From assembly GCF_009914755.1 (NCBI RefSeq), contig NC_060926.1: a stretch of DNA of 64,000 nucleotides; one strand, 5' to 3'. Made by a program: the position numbers and the translations under genes. The notes below the pieces were generated by a model. It was given only the letters and a program-made list of their open reading frames with translations. It made no database searches and was not told the origin of the DNA. The stretch comes from the human T2T-CHM13v2.0 reference genome, Homo sapiens. This document shows positions 1 through 17,653 of the stretch, one piece after another (positions within the stretch are counted from its first letter, which is position 1; the number at the start of each line of letters is the position of its first letter).

Positions 1-54
1 CTCATATTGAGGAAATGATTAATGCAACATCTTAAAAATAAATATATACATTAT

Positions 55-503
55 ATACATTTCCCAGGGCTGCCATAGGAAAGTACCACAAATTAGGTGG
101 CTTAAAACGATGGAAATGTATTGTCTCACGTTTCTGGGGGCTTTAAATCTCAAATCAAGGTGTCAGCTGGACCATGTTTCTCTGAAACCTCTAGAAGAGA
201 GTTCCTTCTTGCATTTTAGCTTCTGATAATTGTCAACAGTTTTCACAGTCTTTGACATTCTTTAACTTGAAGATGGGTCACTTCAATCTCTGCCTCTGTT
301 GTCACTTGACATTCTCCCTGTGTGTATTTCTAATTTTCTTATAAGTACACCAATCACACTAAATTAAGGCCCACCCTACTCCAGTATGATCTCATCTTCA
401 CTAATTACATATGCAAAGATTCATTTTCTAAATAAGTCACATTCAGAGGTTCTGGGGTTAGGACTTGAAAATATCTTTTTGGGGGACATAACTCAAACAC
501 ATA
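55..503 (-). mobile_element. MaLR LTR, MLT1 family (MLT1B/C-like)
   Basis: Hallmark MLT1 segments (gggctgccatagg..taccacaaattaggtggcttaaaac; aaatcaaggtgtcagc; ggggttaggacttgaaaatatctttttgggggaca) in reverse orientation relative to the recalled consensus. Confidence 0.75.
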
Positions 504-1754
504 CATTATTTGTGTAAATAATGTGAAAAATCTGCTCAATTATTTTCAAAATCTGATTAATTATTTTACATCATTATATGCCCAGACATATGCATCTGAT
601 TTTTCTCCTTGTTTTCAGTTCAAAATTTTGTGAGACATGCTCCATTTGTTTTTGCTTGTTGGTTCTATTTTTAGCAGATTTACCAACCACTGGGAATTTG
701 AGATTTTCTTTAGATACAATAATATAAAGGTCATCGTGAATTTTGTGCTTGTAATTATTAAAAGAATCTGTTATATACTGGTAAATATTATGAGAATCTG
801 TTACCTTAAACTCTGTCATTTCTACTTCTTTCTTTATGGGAAGAACAGACATACCTATTTATGGTTTTTATGAGTTGGGATCCATTTAGCTAAAATTGTG
901 AGTGGGGTAAAATTTCTCTGGTGTTGTTTGCCTCCCATAGAAAATGACAAAATAATGTACATCCTTCAGATTAGGGACAATATTCAATTTCTCAGTAACT
1001 TGTACTATAGTTTCTGGTTACTCCTTTCTCAGTGTTTTTTTTTTTTTTTTTTCTCTGTCAAAGCCTATCAAAACCTAATTTTTTCTTTTTTTCTGACTAC
1101 TCATTATTTTCTTAGTAAACTCTGCTTCCATGCTCTTCTCCGTGGTTTCTGACAGGGCCAACGACGTGACAATTTACTTCATCTCAAGATGTACAATTCT
1201 TCATATAGACCTTGCTCATGTTTTGTGATTGAGGTAAAACATTGATATTATTTGTGACTCATTATGGTACATTGTTCCATACAACAGCCTCCTCATCTTC
1301 TCTCCTCTCTCTAGCTAATGGTTTTAATTCTGATCATATTTGACCTATACTTTTCAATTCAGACTAATGTTGATTGATTTCTCTATTTTATGTGTATAAT
1401 AAACACAAACATCAGATTTATAACTACCTTAAGTAGAAGGAAGTGTGATACTTTAAAACAAAGAAAGCACTAGTTATAACATGTGTAGTTCACCTGCCTG
1501 TCAGTAAAGATAAGCTCCAGCTGCCAGCTTAGTGCAGTATCAACATCCTCAGGGGCTTTCGGTGTCTTTTTGTTCATTTGTTTGTTTGTTTAACACAATG
1601 GTAATCATAAGACCAGCTTTGTGCCTCAGTAATGAAGCAAACAAAGAAAATGAGAGGTTGCTTTTCTGTGGCTATAATAGAATATGCATCAATCGCCTCC
1701 CTCACTGGTGGATGTAGCCAGTTTCTTTGTTTTTCTCAATTGTATAGATTTCAC

Positions 1755-2002
1755 AGAGGTAGGACAATACAGCGGTTTAGATCATGGACCACTTTGGTTC
1801 AAGCAGCACTTTCACTTTCTTGCTATATAACCATAGGTATGTTGTCGTATCTCTTTTTTCTTTTGCTTTCCATCCGTGGACAAAATTATTACCTATGTAT
1901 AGAATTCTGGTGAGGAGAAGTAAATGAGATGGAGAAACATTCTTAAAAGAGGGTCATGCCAATAGTAAGTGTAACATGAAGGGTCAGTAATCATTATTAT
2001 AT
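1755..2002 (+). mobile_element. MIR SINE, degenerate
   Basis: Colinear similarity to the MIR core and 3' end (ggttcaagc..cactttc..tgctatataacc; gtgagga..taaatgagat; atagtaagtg..attattat). Confidence 0.55.
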
Positions 2003-3878
2003 GGAATGTGAAGGCTCCCTTTTAAATGTGGTCTCTTCCCAAACACTGAATTCTTCAGTGACCACTATGAGCCCATGATGAAAATTCAATCCATCTCCAA
2101 AAACTAGACAGAAGGAAGGAATCGTAACTGTGGATCACAGTTGGCATGGGAACAAGGAGTAAAATTATCCAGAACATCTGAAAATACAGGCATTGGGAAA
2201 ATGATGCATTACTGTCACTCTCTTTTGAGTAACTCCCCAAAATCTTTTAAAAATAAAACTTCAGGTCCATTTCTTTGTCATAATCACTTCACTGAGAAAA
2301 AAGGTGGAAGATATGTGCCCTGTTAAGCATAGATGAGAAGGAGTGAGGGAAAAAGGGAGGAAAAGGGAAAGGGAGACCGGCTCTCATCTCTTGTCTTTTA
2401 TTTATATTTACTTCTGATTTCTTCTTACTCAAAATGTACCATTTAGTTTTTTTTTATTATCAATCTTGAATATTTTTATCTTTTAAGCCCTGGCATTTTC
2501 ACGTTTGTCCATTAGCAAATCAATGTTAATTCTCCTTCAAATATGTAAATTCTTGAGAGAATAAATTATGAATGAATAAACTAAAATTTCCAGTGGGACT
2601 TGGCATTTTAGAGGAGGGCTTCTTTATCTCTCAAAGTAGAATATACTGCAAAATAGACGTTCCAAGCTCAAGAGCAGGTCAGTGACACTAGGAGAAAGGT
2701 CTGGATAGAGGGCTTTTCACTGCATAGCTATTAGATTTTATCTCATGGTTGACTGATAGTTCAGCCTAACCTCAACTCTATTGGAAAATAGTCTTTCTTT
2801 GCTCAATAAATCCATGAAGAGGAGGCATGTGCTTTTCTGAGCTTAAATTCTCTGAGAAAAGTTGTGGTGAAGCTTCACTGTGCTAGCATGGATGATAGAA
2901 GATGGTATTCTTACTCAATCAAAATGTAGCATGCACCCCTTGCTTCAATCCTTTCTGCTTGTGCTTTTTTTTGTAAATATTATTGATAGCTACAATATCT
3001 TATGAAATATTAACAAAATATTTTAAAATTACTATACAAACATGTATAACAACTGAAATTATACTGCAACTATATTTTTCTGGCTCTCACTGTAAGCTTG
3101 CTCAGTTTTAGCAACATGGAAACAAGAATTTGTTATGTCTCTTGTGCTTATTTTGGCTCAGAAGACTGTAAGTGTGGCGCTTGCCACCAGAGAGCACTCT
3201 TTAATGGTAACATCATATTGTAATGCCCACTGACTTTAGTGTACACTGTTCCCACACAGTCTGATTATGACTTATTGCAATCACTTTATACCAGATAATT
3301 CTCTTTATCTTTTACACAGGGATATAACTTAATTACTTTCAATTAATTTGTTCTATTATTATAAATAAATTATTGTTATATTTTAATTGTTACAGGCAAT
3401 AAGTATTTCTAAATAAAATATAATTTGATACCTTTTCAATTTATTAACATATTCAGTTTTAATGTTAACAATTAGCTAACATGGTAGAATTCATAAAGAA
3501 ATTTATGGTAGAATTCATAAAGAAATACCATTTTGTTTCTAAAAAGTGCTATTGCTACTAATTAATACTCTTTGCCATGGGGATGGTAGTCTTTTCAATT
3601 TCAAGAATGAACAATGTATTTAGCAAAATATTTGAGAAACAATATATATTGTCCATTTTATCTATTGAATTAAATGAACACAAATATTTCAATACATTTT
3701 CATTTGCTATTTGACAATTGTGTTTTCAAATTTAAGTAAAATTTATTCTCAAAAATTCTGAAGGAGGCAAAAAGGAAATATACATGTACGCTTGTAGTAT
3801 ATACACATTACATTTGTATATACATGTGTGTATATCTATCTATATATTATATCATAAAGATATAAAAGCCTGTAGGCC

Positions 3879-4230
3879 TGTATCAGTAGCCAAGTAGCCA
3901 GGGATTCATCAGGGAAATAGAACCAGCAGGAAAATTTAAAGAAAAAATATATGTATTTATATGTATATATGTTTATATATATTTATATGTATACATATAT
4001 TTATATATATATATATAGAGAGAGAAACATAGAGAGAGAAAAAACAGAGAGAGAGAGAGACTTATTGCAAGGAATTGACTTACATGAGTTGGAGGCTGGC
4101 TAGGCAAGTCTGAAATTCATAGATCAGGCTATGAGAAAGGACAGGCTGGAAACTCTGGTAGGAGCTGATGCTGCAGCCCACAGGAAGATCTTCTGAGGGA
4201 AATCCTCAGTTCTGCACAGTTTAGGTTTCC
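3879..4230 (-). mobile_element. ERVL LTR, MLT2 family (partial), with internal (TA)n/(GA)n tract
   Basis: cagggaaatagaaccagcagga-(TA)n(GA)n-cttattgcaaggaattgacttacatga..ggctaggcaagtctgaaatt is typical of the reverse strand of MLT2 3' ends. Confidence 0.7.
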
Positions 4231-4914
4231 TGAAGATAGATGCTTGGAAAGCAACTATTTTATGAATAAATGCAAATAAAAGCCCATAGCAGCTGTAGAA
4301 GTCCAAGACCTAAATAACTCACTTGAAACAAATATGCTTTGTGATGAAACTTCTTAAATGTTTGGAGTGATGATCCTAACTCTAACCTGAAACTTTTTTG
4401 CTAATCCTTTCCAGAAAACTACTGCTAAGAAAGGAGTATGTAAATAATATATGTGAAGGGTTGATAACATTCAAGTTATACTTTTTTAATGTAAAAAGAA
4501 GCTCTGGTATGCAAATCTTTGTCAGGTGATTCAAATTCTGATTTTTCAGTGATATTACTTATATGGAAAATCTAATAGTATTCTGATTACTACAGTCCTA
4601 CTTGTTTGGAGCTGTATGGGAAGAAATTGAATTAGAATGCCTCTTTTGGAGCTTTTATGACCCTTTAGATGTGTTAGCTGTTATTTAACATACTTTTTCA
4701 TCAAATTAACTTATAGCAGGTTTGTACTGTACTTATGAGCTCAAAGAAGCACTTTTTACTACCTTAATTCAGTGACTTCTATATTTTTTCCTTTGGGAAT
4801 TCCTGTATTAGTGCACAAAGTTAGTTCACTTTTCTTCAAATTTAGTGAAACATCATCATATTATTTGATAAATAATCATTCCAACTTTCCTCATTGGCTT
4901 GTGATACTCCTTTT

Positions 4915-5185
4915 TCATATATCTTTTTATTATATATAGTATATATCTTATTATTATATAGTATATATCTTACTATACAGTATATATTATATATAATATA
5001 TATCTTATTATCATACAGTACATATTATATATAGTATATATCTTATCATACAGTATATATTTTATATATAGTATACATCTTATTATATATACTAGAATTT
5101 ATTTTATATATTGTTTTCCTAGAACCACCATATTTTATTATACCTATATAATATATATACACATATAAAATATATATTATATTAT
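4915..5185. repeat. AT-rich minisatellite/low-complexity tract (unit ~ATCTTATTATATATAGTATAT)
   Basis: Directly visible degenerate tandem units of about 21-23 bp. Confidence 0.8.
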
Positions 5186-5479
5186 GTATTAAAATCAGGG
5201 ATGGCAAATATTTTAATATTTTGTTTCCATATTTAGAATGACCTATATAAAGTTCCCTACCCAGTGACTCATTGGCACTGCTGTGCTTCTCAATCCCCCT
5301 GCTTTCTTTTCATTAGTCTGTTGTTACACCGATGAAGAACTTGGTGTCATTTAATGGGTGCAAACTTCATAGCTGATACTCATCTTAAATGTTGTTATCT
5401 TCACTATAATACCCTCCATTTAATTTAATGATAGTAGCCTCCACTTAATTTCAATTTTAATTTACATAGCATGTGACTA

Positions 5480-6300
5480 TATATCTTCAGATAGGCCATT
5501 TGAAATATTTGGTGCAACTATGATGCCTGATTTTTTATACAAAGTGGTGAATATGTATTCACTTAAAAATTACACCATTTTCAGTATTCAAACATTATTG
5601 CTTCTCAACAAGAAACTCATGTCCAGGCACAAGCATTAAGGCACTCAAAGGGTTCCCTGCTCTTACCATGTATCTCACCATCTGGAAGCAATTGGACTAT
5701 AAAGCACTCAGTTCCAGGGCCGAGTTAGAAGCAACACTTTTCTAGGTTGGCGTGTGTTGTTTGTGATGTGGTTATCTTTTCTGGACCAGCAACATCTTAG
5801 GTGTTTGATTTTTCCGTGATGAGAATACATTGTTCTGGAATCCAAAGGGTGGGATTGGGGGTGGCATCTCTTAACATTTCACCTAGTAATTCGCTCACAA
5901 AAGTTTGATCATCATCTATTCAACTGTGGTTCTGCTGGTTAAGAAGTTTGAGATCCCAAAGGCAGTATTATTCCACCATTAGACACAACCACGTTCCTGT
6001 AGCTAAGAACTGCCTTTTGACCATTTCAAATTCCTTATGTCCCTGAATAAACAGTCAAAAAGGACATTACCACAGTGACTGGGAATATTAGACTGATTAT
6101 AATGGGGAACTGGACTTCCTGTTAGATTATGCAGTTGATGGAAGGATATTTTTCCAACCCAGAAATCTTGTGAAGTGGCCTGTTATTGTGCCATGTCAAG
6201 TGGTAAAAGTCAAAGGAAGACCATGGGAACCAATAAAATAAGGATCTCCCTAAGGTTCATACCCTTCCCAAATGCAGATTTGAGTATCCCCTGAATAGAG
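5480..6300 (+). mobile_element. ERVL internal remnant (integrase C-terminal part followed by dUTPase), heavily decayed
   Basis: Colinear with recalled HERVL pol 3' sequence: tcttaccatgtatctcaccatctggaagca; ggaatccaaagggtggga..gtggcatctcttaacatttcacctagtaat; ttccaccattagacacaacc; gtggtaaaagtcaaagga. No open frame remains. Confidence 0.65.
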
Positions 6301-6714
6301 ACCTTCACCTGCTGAGGGGGTGGCTGAAGGAAAAGGGAACAAAGGTGGCAGTGGAGTAAAAAGGATATAAATAATAAATACCAAGTAAACCTCAAAAAAT
6401 TATACCATTCTCTCTTACAATTTCTGCTTACTAATTTTATTCTGGGGTCAGAAAAAATGGATGTCTTTTTCAAATGACTACAGCTAGAAATAATCCTCTA
6501 GGACCAATGTCAACATATTTAATATCTTCTGATATATATTTCCCTTATAGGTACCCAGTACTGTCCTGCACTCTTTAGAGTTCTCTTCTTATGTTAAAAC
6601 CTGATTTTAATTTCATTAAGATATCTCCTACTCTATCTGATTTTCTGTCACAAAGCATATATGATATAATGTTCTCTAGTAAATTCCTAAAGTTGAATGT
6701 TGTCTCAGCATTCA

Positions 6715-7630
6715 TGTAAAATACAGGTTTAACTTTCTCATAACAGAAGCCGGGCTTAGTCACCCTTGACAATTTCTAGTTCCCCACCTCCTTCCAGTTT
6801 CTCAGTGTGGTCAATCCAACTATTTGCCTTATACAACCACCTCCTGGTGATCACCTTCCTGTGGAACTGCTAGCTATGATTTATTTATAATTTATTTGAC
6901 TTGCCCCACTGATCCCACTCCTCTCATAGATTGCACATATATGTTGCTGTAACCACCTCTTAATTACAGCATGACTCTGTGGAACTCAACCTGCTGCTCA
7001 AAACCCACCCGGTAGAAACCCCTCCCCCCCAAAAAAAACAAAATAAAACAACAGCAACAACAAAAAGACCTGCTTAGGTTAATTCCCTGGACCCCAATAA
7101 AGGCTTTGATGGCTAACAGATCCCTCTCTCTTTCTGTCTTTCTCTTTCTCTTTCTCTCCACTTGCCACTTGCTTCTTGACCATGCCTGTGCCAGATGACT
7201 CCCCTTTTCCTGTCAGTCCTGTGAGGCATAAAGCCCTCTTCTTTTTAGAATATGTAGGTAAAAAACTGCCTATGTTATTTCATTTTTTGTATGCCTCCTC
7301 TGTGTCTCACCTGACCAGCACACTCAAGCCTAACTTCTCTTGCAGACAAGGCTCTTGTAGAGAGTGGTTATTCTGATAAAAGTAAACAGGACACAGATCA
7401 GACAAGAGAAACAAAGGTGACTGCCAGTATACACAAGTTTCCCATGAGAAGGACACCTGGACTTGAGTCAGATGCCTAGGCATTAAACTGCCCACCAGGA
7501 AAAAAAATGTATCTCCTGAAAATTGAAAACATCCATGACCAAATCCCCCAGAGCCCCATCATGGCAGGGCTGAAGTTCATAGCCACTCTCCACTGATACA
7601 CTGTGAGACCAAATTAGAAAAAAAATACAA
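6715..7630 (+). mobile_element. ERVL-class solo LTR (MER54/MER73/MER74-like)
   Basis: Starts with TG; agaagccgggcttagtcacccttgac at the 5' end; internal AATAAA near 7097; 3' part (gacacagatcagacaagag..ccagtatacacaagtttcc..atagccactctc) resembles this LTR group. Exact subfamily uncertain. Confidence 0.6.
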
Positions 7631-9662
7631 AGACCTCATTTTCTTATGATTTTCTGAAAAAATAATTCCCACCAAATAAATGGATGATAATAATATAAGA
7701 CACAATTCCTTGGAGGGAGCATTTAGTACCTAATTAAGGACTTCTGGAGAGAGTATGATTAAGGCCTGGAATGACCAGGGTGAAACTAGGATTCTGGGAC
7801 CAGGTGGCTGATTCTGCCTCTGCAATGAGCGTGGCACAAAATTAAAGACTCTGGTGTCTAGGGGTTGAAAAATTAAAACGTGGGCTGTCTTATTTTGAGA
7901 AATATGAGAAGGAGAATCAAATTGTAATGAGATGTCGGTGGAACATATACTGGGATTTGAAAATATCAATTAAAATTGAGCATTTAGATTCAAGCAGATC
8001 TCAGCAATCCATGTGCACAGAAGTTTAACGAGTGCAATAAGAAGGACAGACTGAGTAGAATTGGTATTTCACTCTTATTAGTCATTCCTATTTTCCTTCT
8101 TTTTCTAGCACTTATACAAACACCTCCTCTTAATTTGGGACACATATTCTTAAGACAGTTGTCAACAGAAGAAGTGTTAGGAGGTACACGTGTTTTCAAA
8201 ATACTCATAGCACCTCTTGCCCTGGGTTATTCGTGGTACTACATACCATTCTATTAGAGAATAAGTTCCATGTAATATTTGCTCTGAGTCCTTGTTCATA
8301 TTCAGTTCTAAACTAGGAGCTGCATTTGAGGCATTTTAAAAGAGGACATTGTATTATTATTTTCCCAGGAGTTTCACATTTCAATTATTTCAGTTTTTTT
8401 TCCCATTGGCTAGCATCTGAAAAAAATAAAATATATGTATAATAGCTTTCAAACTATTGTTTTACATTTCACTTAGAATCCCACAGATTCATGATAACTG
8501 ACAATGTCCTGGGGGAAAATGTATATATAACACAGGTTTAACAATACCTGCTTTTAAAACGTTATGTAACATATGGTTGGCAAAACAAAGATTCAAAGAC
8601 TATTTAAATAATGAGATCACAGGATTATTTCTAAAATTATGCTTTGATAAAGTTCTAAATCTGTATAGAGAGGTTGAATGATTGAGAAAATGTAGCTGTT
8701 GGAGAGTATTAGCCATTAGGAGACTATAGACATCCACAGGAAACAATTTTGCAAGGAAGGAAATAGTGCTTTTCATTAGATTAATAGCCAGCAGATTGAT
8801 CAATGTGAAACATATGCATCCTCTATTACTATGAAACTATTAATGTGTGTTGAAATTCATGTAAGAAAATAATTCAGCTAAGCTCATATAATGACTTATC
8901 TGACAGGAAATATATACATTTTAAAGTTAGACATAGAATGGTGATTCCTTTTTCTTTTTTCTATACTCATTTTTTACCCCAAAACTTACCTCATTAAAAC
9001 ATATATGCAATATACATATTTGCAAATTATAGGTGTTGACATATTTTTCCAGAAAATTCTGTGGCAACAAAACATCAGTTTTTGGGTCGTAGAGTCAAAG
9101 TAAGATAGCATACATAGGGCATACTTAGAGGTGAGCTTCTCAAGAATCAGGCTAAAGAAATAGGTAAATTATTGGACAGAATAACCAGGGTTAATAAATG
9201 CATGTATCTTTCTCTTTCACTTTAAGATACAGGACACAAACAAAGGATCTCTCAACCACTCTGTTTTACTCAGCCATCATGTAAAATGGTTTTGTTTGTT
9301 TTTTGGTTCTCTTTGATTATTTCACACATTCTGTTGGTAAGGTTTTGTTTCCTTCCTTACTAACAAAACCTTAGTACTAGGTTTGGTTTCCTCCCTTCTG
9401 TGTTTCAGTCCTTGGCAGCTGGCTGGAGGTTTTTTTTCCCCGTCATCAGAATATCGAAATAGGTAATATATAATGTATATATTGATATGAAATATAAGGA
9501 AACCGATTTGTATGAAAAAAATATTTTCTACTTTTGTGACTAAAACGTTTAAAAATAGAAATTTGCTCTGTCATACATTTTGCTGAGAGATTAATTTTGT
9601 GATCTTAGTCTCTTGTTATGGTCCCCCAAAATTGTAAACAAGATTATATAGAAATGAAGTAA

Positions 9663-9800
9663 TGGGTAGATATCATATTATTTGTTTTCTAAATAGGGAT
9701 ACTTTTGGTGATTCAGAGAGCCAAATAATTGTCAGATGCCAACTGATCTATAATAGGGCATAAAATCAAACTGCCTGGGGAGAATAGTGATGGAATGCCA
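9663..9800. mobile_element. possible MER94-like hAT DNA transposon fossil
   Basis: Weak similarity (gggatacttttggtga..ggcataaaatcaaactgcctgggg). Confidence 0.3.
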
Positions 9801-12745
9801 TGTAATGAGATTTACAGAATTTTCTCGGAATCCCTCATATGTAACAAATATATTTCCTTACGTTGTACTTCCTTCAAGGCATTAAATAAACAACAGTAGA
9901 GCTATTTAAAATGACTGAAAAATAAAGGTGGTTTTACTTTATTTAGGAAATCAAAATCATGATGAACAAAAATTGTTGTCATATAAGTAGTCTACCCTAC
10001 ATTCATTTATCTCTGTCCTTAGATTAATTTATTAGATTGGAGAAATCACACCTTTGAAGGCACAAGAAGTCTGCTCTCAAGGAGAAGGGATAAATATAAG
10101 ATGGTTCTACAGTGTTGGTGCATATTATCTTCAAATACAGGTAGAGATATAAAACCATACCAAGATGTTTAGAATTTCAGAGTTGGAAAGGGTATTGGAG
10201 ATAACTTATTTAAAAGTGCTAGTTTTGCAGATAAAGCCATTGAAAGCGAAAAAAAGATCCAAGGTTAAACAGTTTTAAAAAATTTTCTTATTGTCTTCTC
10301 AAATAAGAAGTGCAGCTAAAAAGGAATTTACAGAATTATTCCTCATTCAATTATGAGATAATAGGAGTAGATTAGAAATGGGAACAGATATTAACAGGAA
10401 AGAATGTCCTTAAAGCATTTTTATAGCTGAATGAAAATGTGCAGATTTAGAAGAGTAAGACACTCATCGATTACTCGTCATTTAAATTGTTAGGACAAGA
10501 ATTAACTACTTTTATTATTTTTAGCATTTTAATATTCACTAGTAACAGAATTTAGTACCTAAAATATTCTTAAAAATTAAGTAGAGTTTTTTACAGCTTT
10601 GACCTTTCAAATATTTCACATTCAAATTTGTTGGCAATTCTTTCTATCCCCACAGGTTACTGAGGCCATAAAAAGAAAAGGGAATTGCATAACTAGTGAA
10701 TTAGATGCATTATAGGAAAAGGCCAAAGTCTATGGCTCCATAATTCATGGAAAGCGTAAGATATCCAAATGTCTAGATGACAAGATATGTACTATGAGGA
10801 GTAGTAAAAGGAATATTTTTCATCTTTACTATTAACAATAGATTTGCAAAACTCTTGGAGTTGCTCTAGAATTCAACCTCAAAACAGTGTTTTACATAAT
10901 AATCTAGGATTAGAAACCAAGGTGTGCATGTTGCTCAGAGGTTGCTGATGCTGTTCCTACCCCTTTGGATGCTGAGTAGACAGCACTGATGAATGTTGCC
11001 CTATAAAGATTGTTCAGTACCAGTGACAGAAGAAAACTTGAGGAGACATAAGGCAAGAGAGACTGTATTTGGCCATATTTTAAATGTGATTTATTCTGAT
11101 TAGAGGCAGTAATTTTTGTTCTAACTTTCTCACAAATAAGACTGAAAAAAAAAAACTTGTTACGTTAATCATCTGCCATCTCATCAAAACCCCTGACTAA
11201 CTCTATGTTAGGGTGAAAAGATGGCGTGAGTGTTAAAAAAATTGCTTATATAGAATATTTTGCTAAATTCTTGGTAGATGACTTTATTATGAGATATTCA
11301 CATGACTTAGGTATCTGAGTCATATGTTAGATGAAAGTTTTCATAATAGTACAAAACAAATGAATAAATATCAATACAATATCTAGCTGATACAATTGAT
11401 AGAGCTTTACATGTAACAAAATTAGGACATTATATTGAGAACATTAATAAATTACTAACCAAATATATAATTACTATTACAAAATAGGCATTCTCTCATA
11501 GATCATATATTCTAATAGGAGACACTACAATTACATAGTAATTTTACAACTACATAAATAAATGTATTTATAAAATATTATCTAAAGGCAAGTAATAATT
11601 TGTCATGAAGACAGAGTATGAAATGTGAATTTGCGCAATAGTCATGCAATGGAATCCCTATACTAACCGTCTACCTTTGAATGTTTGCTATTAAAAAAAT
11701 TGGGGTATTATCTTAATATCAATGGGAAGCTATCAAAAATTTTATATCTTAACAAATATAATAAAAAATTTATGGTGATATAAATCTTTATGTAATCTAT
11801 ATGTACACATAAGTGAAATCACACATTTAGTACACTTATTGCACTAAAGGTAATCATTACCATTAAATATATCCTAAAGGATGTTGTGCTGATTATCATG
11901 TGCATATTAAAATTAAATATAAATTTAAAAGCTCTTATACAGTCAATTATATATGCTATCTATTGATTGTTCCTATGTGTATGATTGCATTAGATACTGA
12001 CATAATATATGTTGATCAAGAAAAATCTTTATAATCTAAGATATGAACTAAAAGAATAATATGAACAGTTATTTCTAAAATCTAAGACAATAGCATAGGA
12101 TGCTTTATAAATTCAGCCTTTAGGAGAAAAGCAGTAGTTTAACTATTTGGGAGTGATTGTTTTTATGATTAGGAAATTAGAATAGAAAATTATGAAAAAT
12201 GAAATATATTACAATTTAGTGATTATGTTATGATCTAGCAAAATTAGGGAAGAAGATTAAGTATAAAAGAGAAGAAAGTGTGGAGCCAGCACACAGACAG
12301 AAAAACACACACACCTACACACACATGAAAACACACAATGTATTGTACACAGTGCAAGCGCTGGCTACAAAGATGAATAACATATTGGTCTGTCGTTTTA
12401 CTCATTAAACAACTGTTATATGTAATACATCAACAAATATGATTTCTTAATTCTCTTGAAAAATAGTTTCAAATAGTTTTAAAACCACTTTTTAATTTTT
12501 TTATTTATTTACTTTTATTTATTTATTTATTTATTTATTATTATACTTTAAGTTTTAGGGTACATGTGCACAATGTGCAGGTTAGTTACCTATGTATACA
12601 TGTGCCATGCTGGTTGCGCTGAACCCACTAACTTGTCATCTAGCATTACGTATATCTCCCAATGCTATCCCTCCCCCTTCCTCCTACCCCACACCAGTCC
12701 CCAGAGTGTGATGTTCCCCTTTCTGTGTCCATGTGTTCTCATTGT

Positions 12746-16572
<3,827 letters not shown>

Positions 16573-16635
16573 TATGATGTTAGCTGGTTATTTTGCTCGT
16601 TAGATGATGCAGTTTATTCCTAGTCTCAATAGTCT

Positions 16636-17653
16636 TTACATTTTGGCATGATTTTGCAGCGGCTGGTACCGGTTGTTCCTTTCCATGTTTAGCGCTTCCT
16701 TCAGGAGCTCTTTTAGGGCAGGCCTGGTCGTGACAAAATCTCTCAGCATTTGCTTGTCTGTAAAGTATTTTATTTCTCCTTCACTTATGAAGCTTAGTTT
16801 GGCTGGATATGAAATTCTGTGTTGAAAATTCTTTTCTTTAAGAATGTTGAATATTGGCCCCCCACTCTCTTCTGGCTTGTAGAGTTTCTGCCAAGAGATC
16901 TGCTGTTAGTCTGATGGGCTTCCCTTTGAGGGTAACCCGACCTTTCTCTCTGGCTGCCCTTAACATTTTTTCCTTCATTTCAACTTTAGTGAATCTGACA
17001 ATTATGTGTCTTGGTGTTGCTCTTCTCGAGGAGTATCTTTGTGGCGTTCTCTGTATTTCCTGAATCTGAATGTTGGCCTGCCTTGCTAGATTGGGGAAGT
17101 TCTCCTGGATAATATCCTGCAGAGTGTTTTCCAACTTGGTTCCATTCTCCCCGTCACTTTCAGGTACACCAATCAGACGTAGATTTGGTCTTTTCACATA
17201 GTCCCATATTTCTTGGAGGCTTTGCTCGTTTCTTTTTATTCTTTTTTCTCTAAAGTTCCCTTCTTGCTTCATTTCATTCATTTCATCTTCCATCGCTGAT
17301 ACCCTTTCTTCCGGTTGATCACATCGGCTCCTGAGGCTTCTGCATTCTTCATGTAGTTCTCGAGCCTTGGATTCCACCTCCATCAGCTCCTTTAAGCACT
17401 TCTCTGTATTGGTTATTCTAGTTATACATTCTGCTAAATTTTTTTCAAAGTTTTCAACTTCTTTGCCTTTGGTTTGAATGTCCTCCCATAGCTTGGAGTA
17501 ATTTGATCGTCTGAAGCCTTCTTCTCTCAACTCGTCAAAGTCATTCTCTGTCCAGCTTTGTTCCGTTGCTGGTGAGGAACTGCATTCCTTTGGAGGAGGA
17601 GAGGCGCTGTGCTTTTTAGAGTTTCCAGTTTTTCTGCTCTGTTTTTTCCCCAT
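16636..17653 (-). pseudogene. L1 ORF1p (RNA-binding/chaperone) with a single +1 frameshift
   Basis: ORF track 16838..17653 gives MGKKQSRKTGNSK...RRSNYS...YVKRPNLRLIG. An extra C in the run at 16858-16863 shifts the frame after REWG. Native TAA at 16636-16638; span 1018 nt = 1017+1. Confidence 0.92.

Noticed and set aside
574-1152. Overlapping 78-92-aa ORFs
   Set aside because: AT-rich compositional ORFs with no recognisable homology
3879-6300. MLT2 LTR and ERVL internal remnant as one provirus
   Set aside because: They are in opposite orientations
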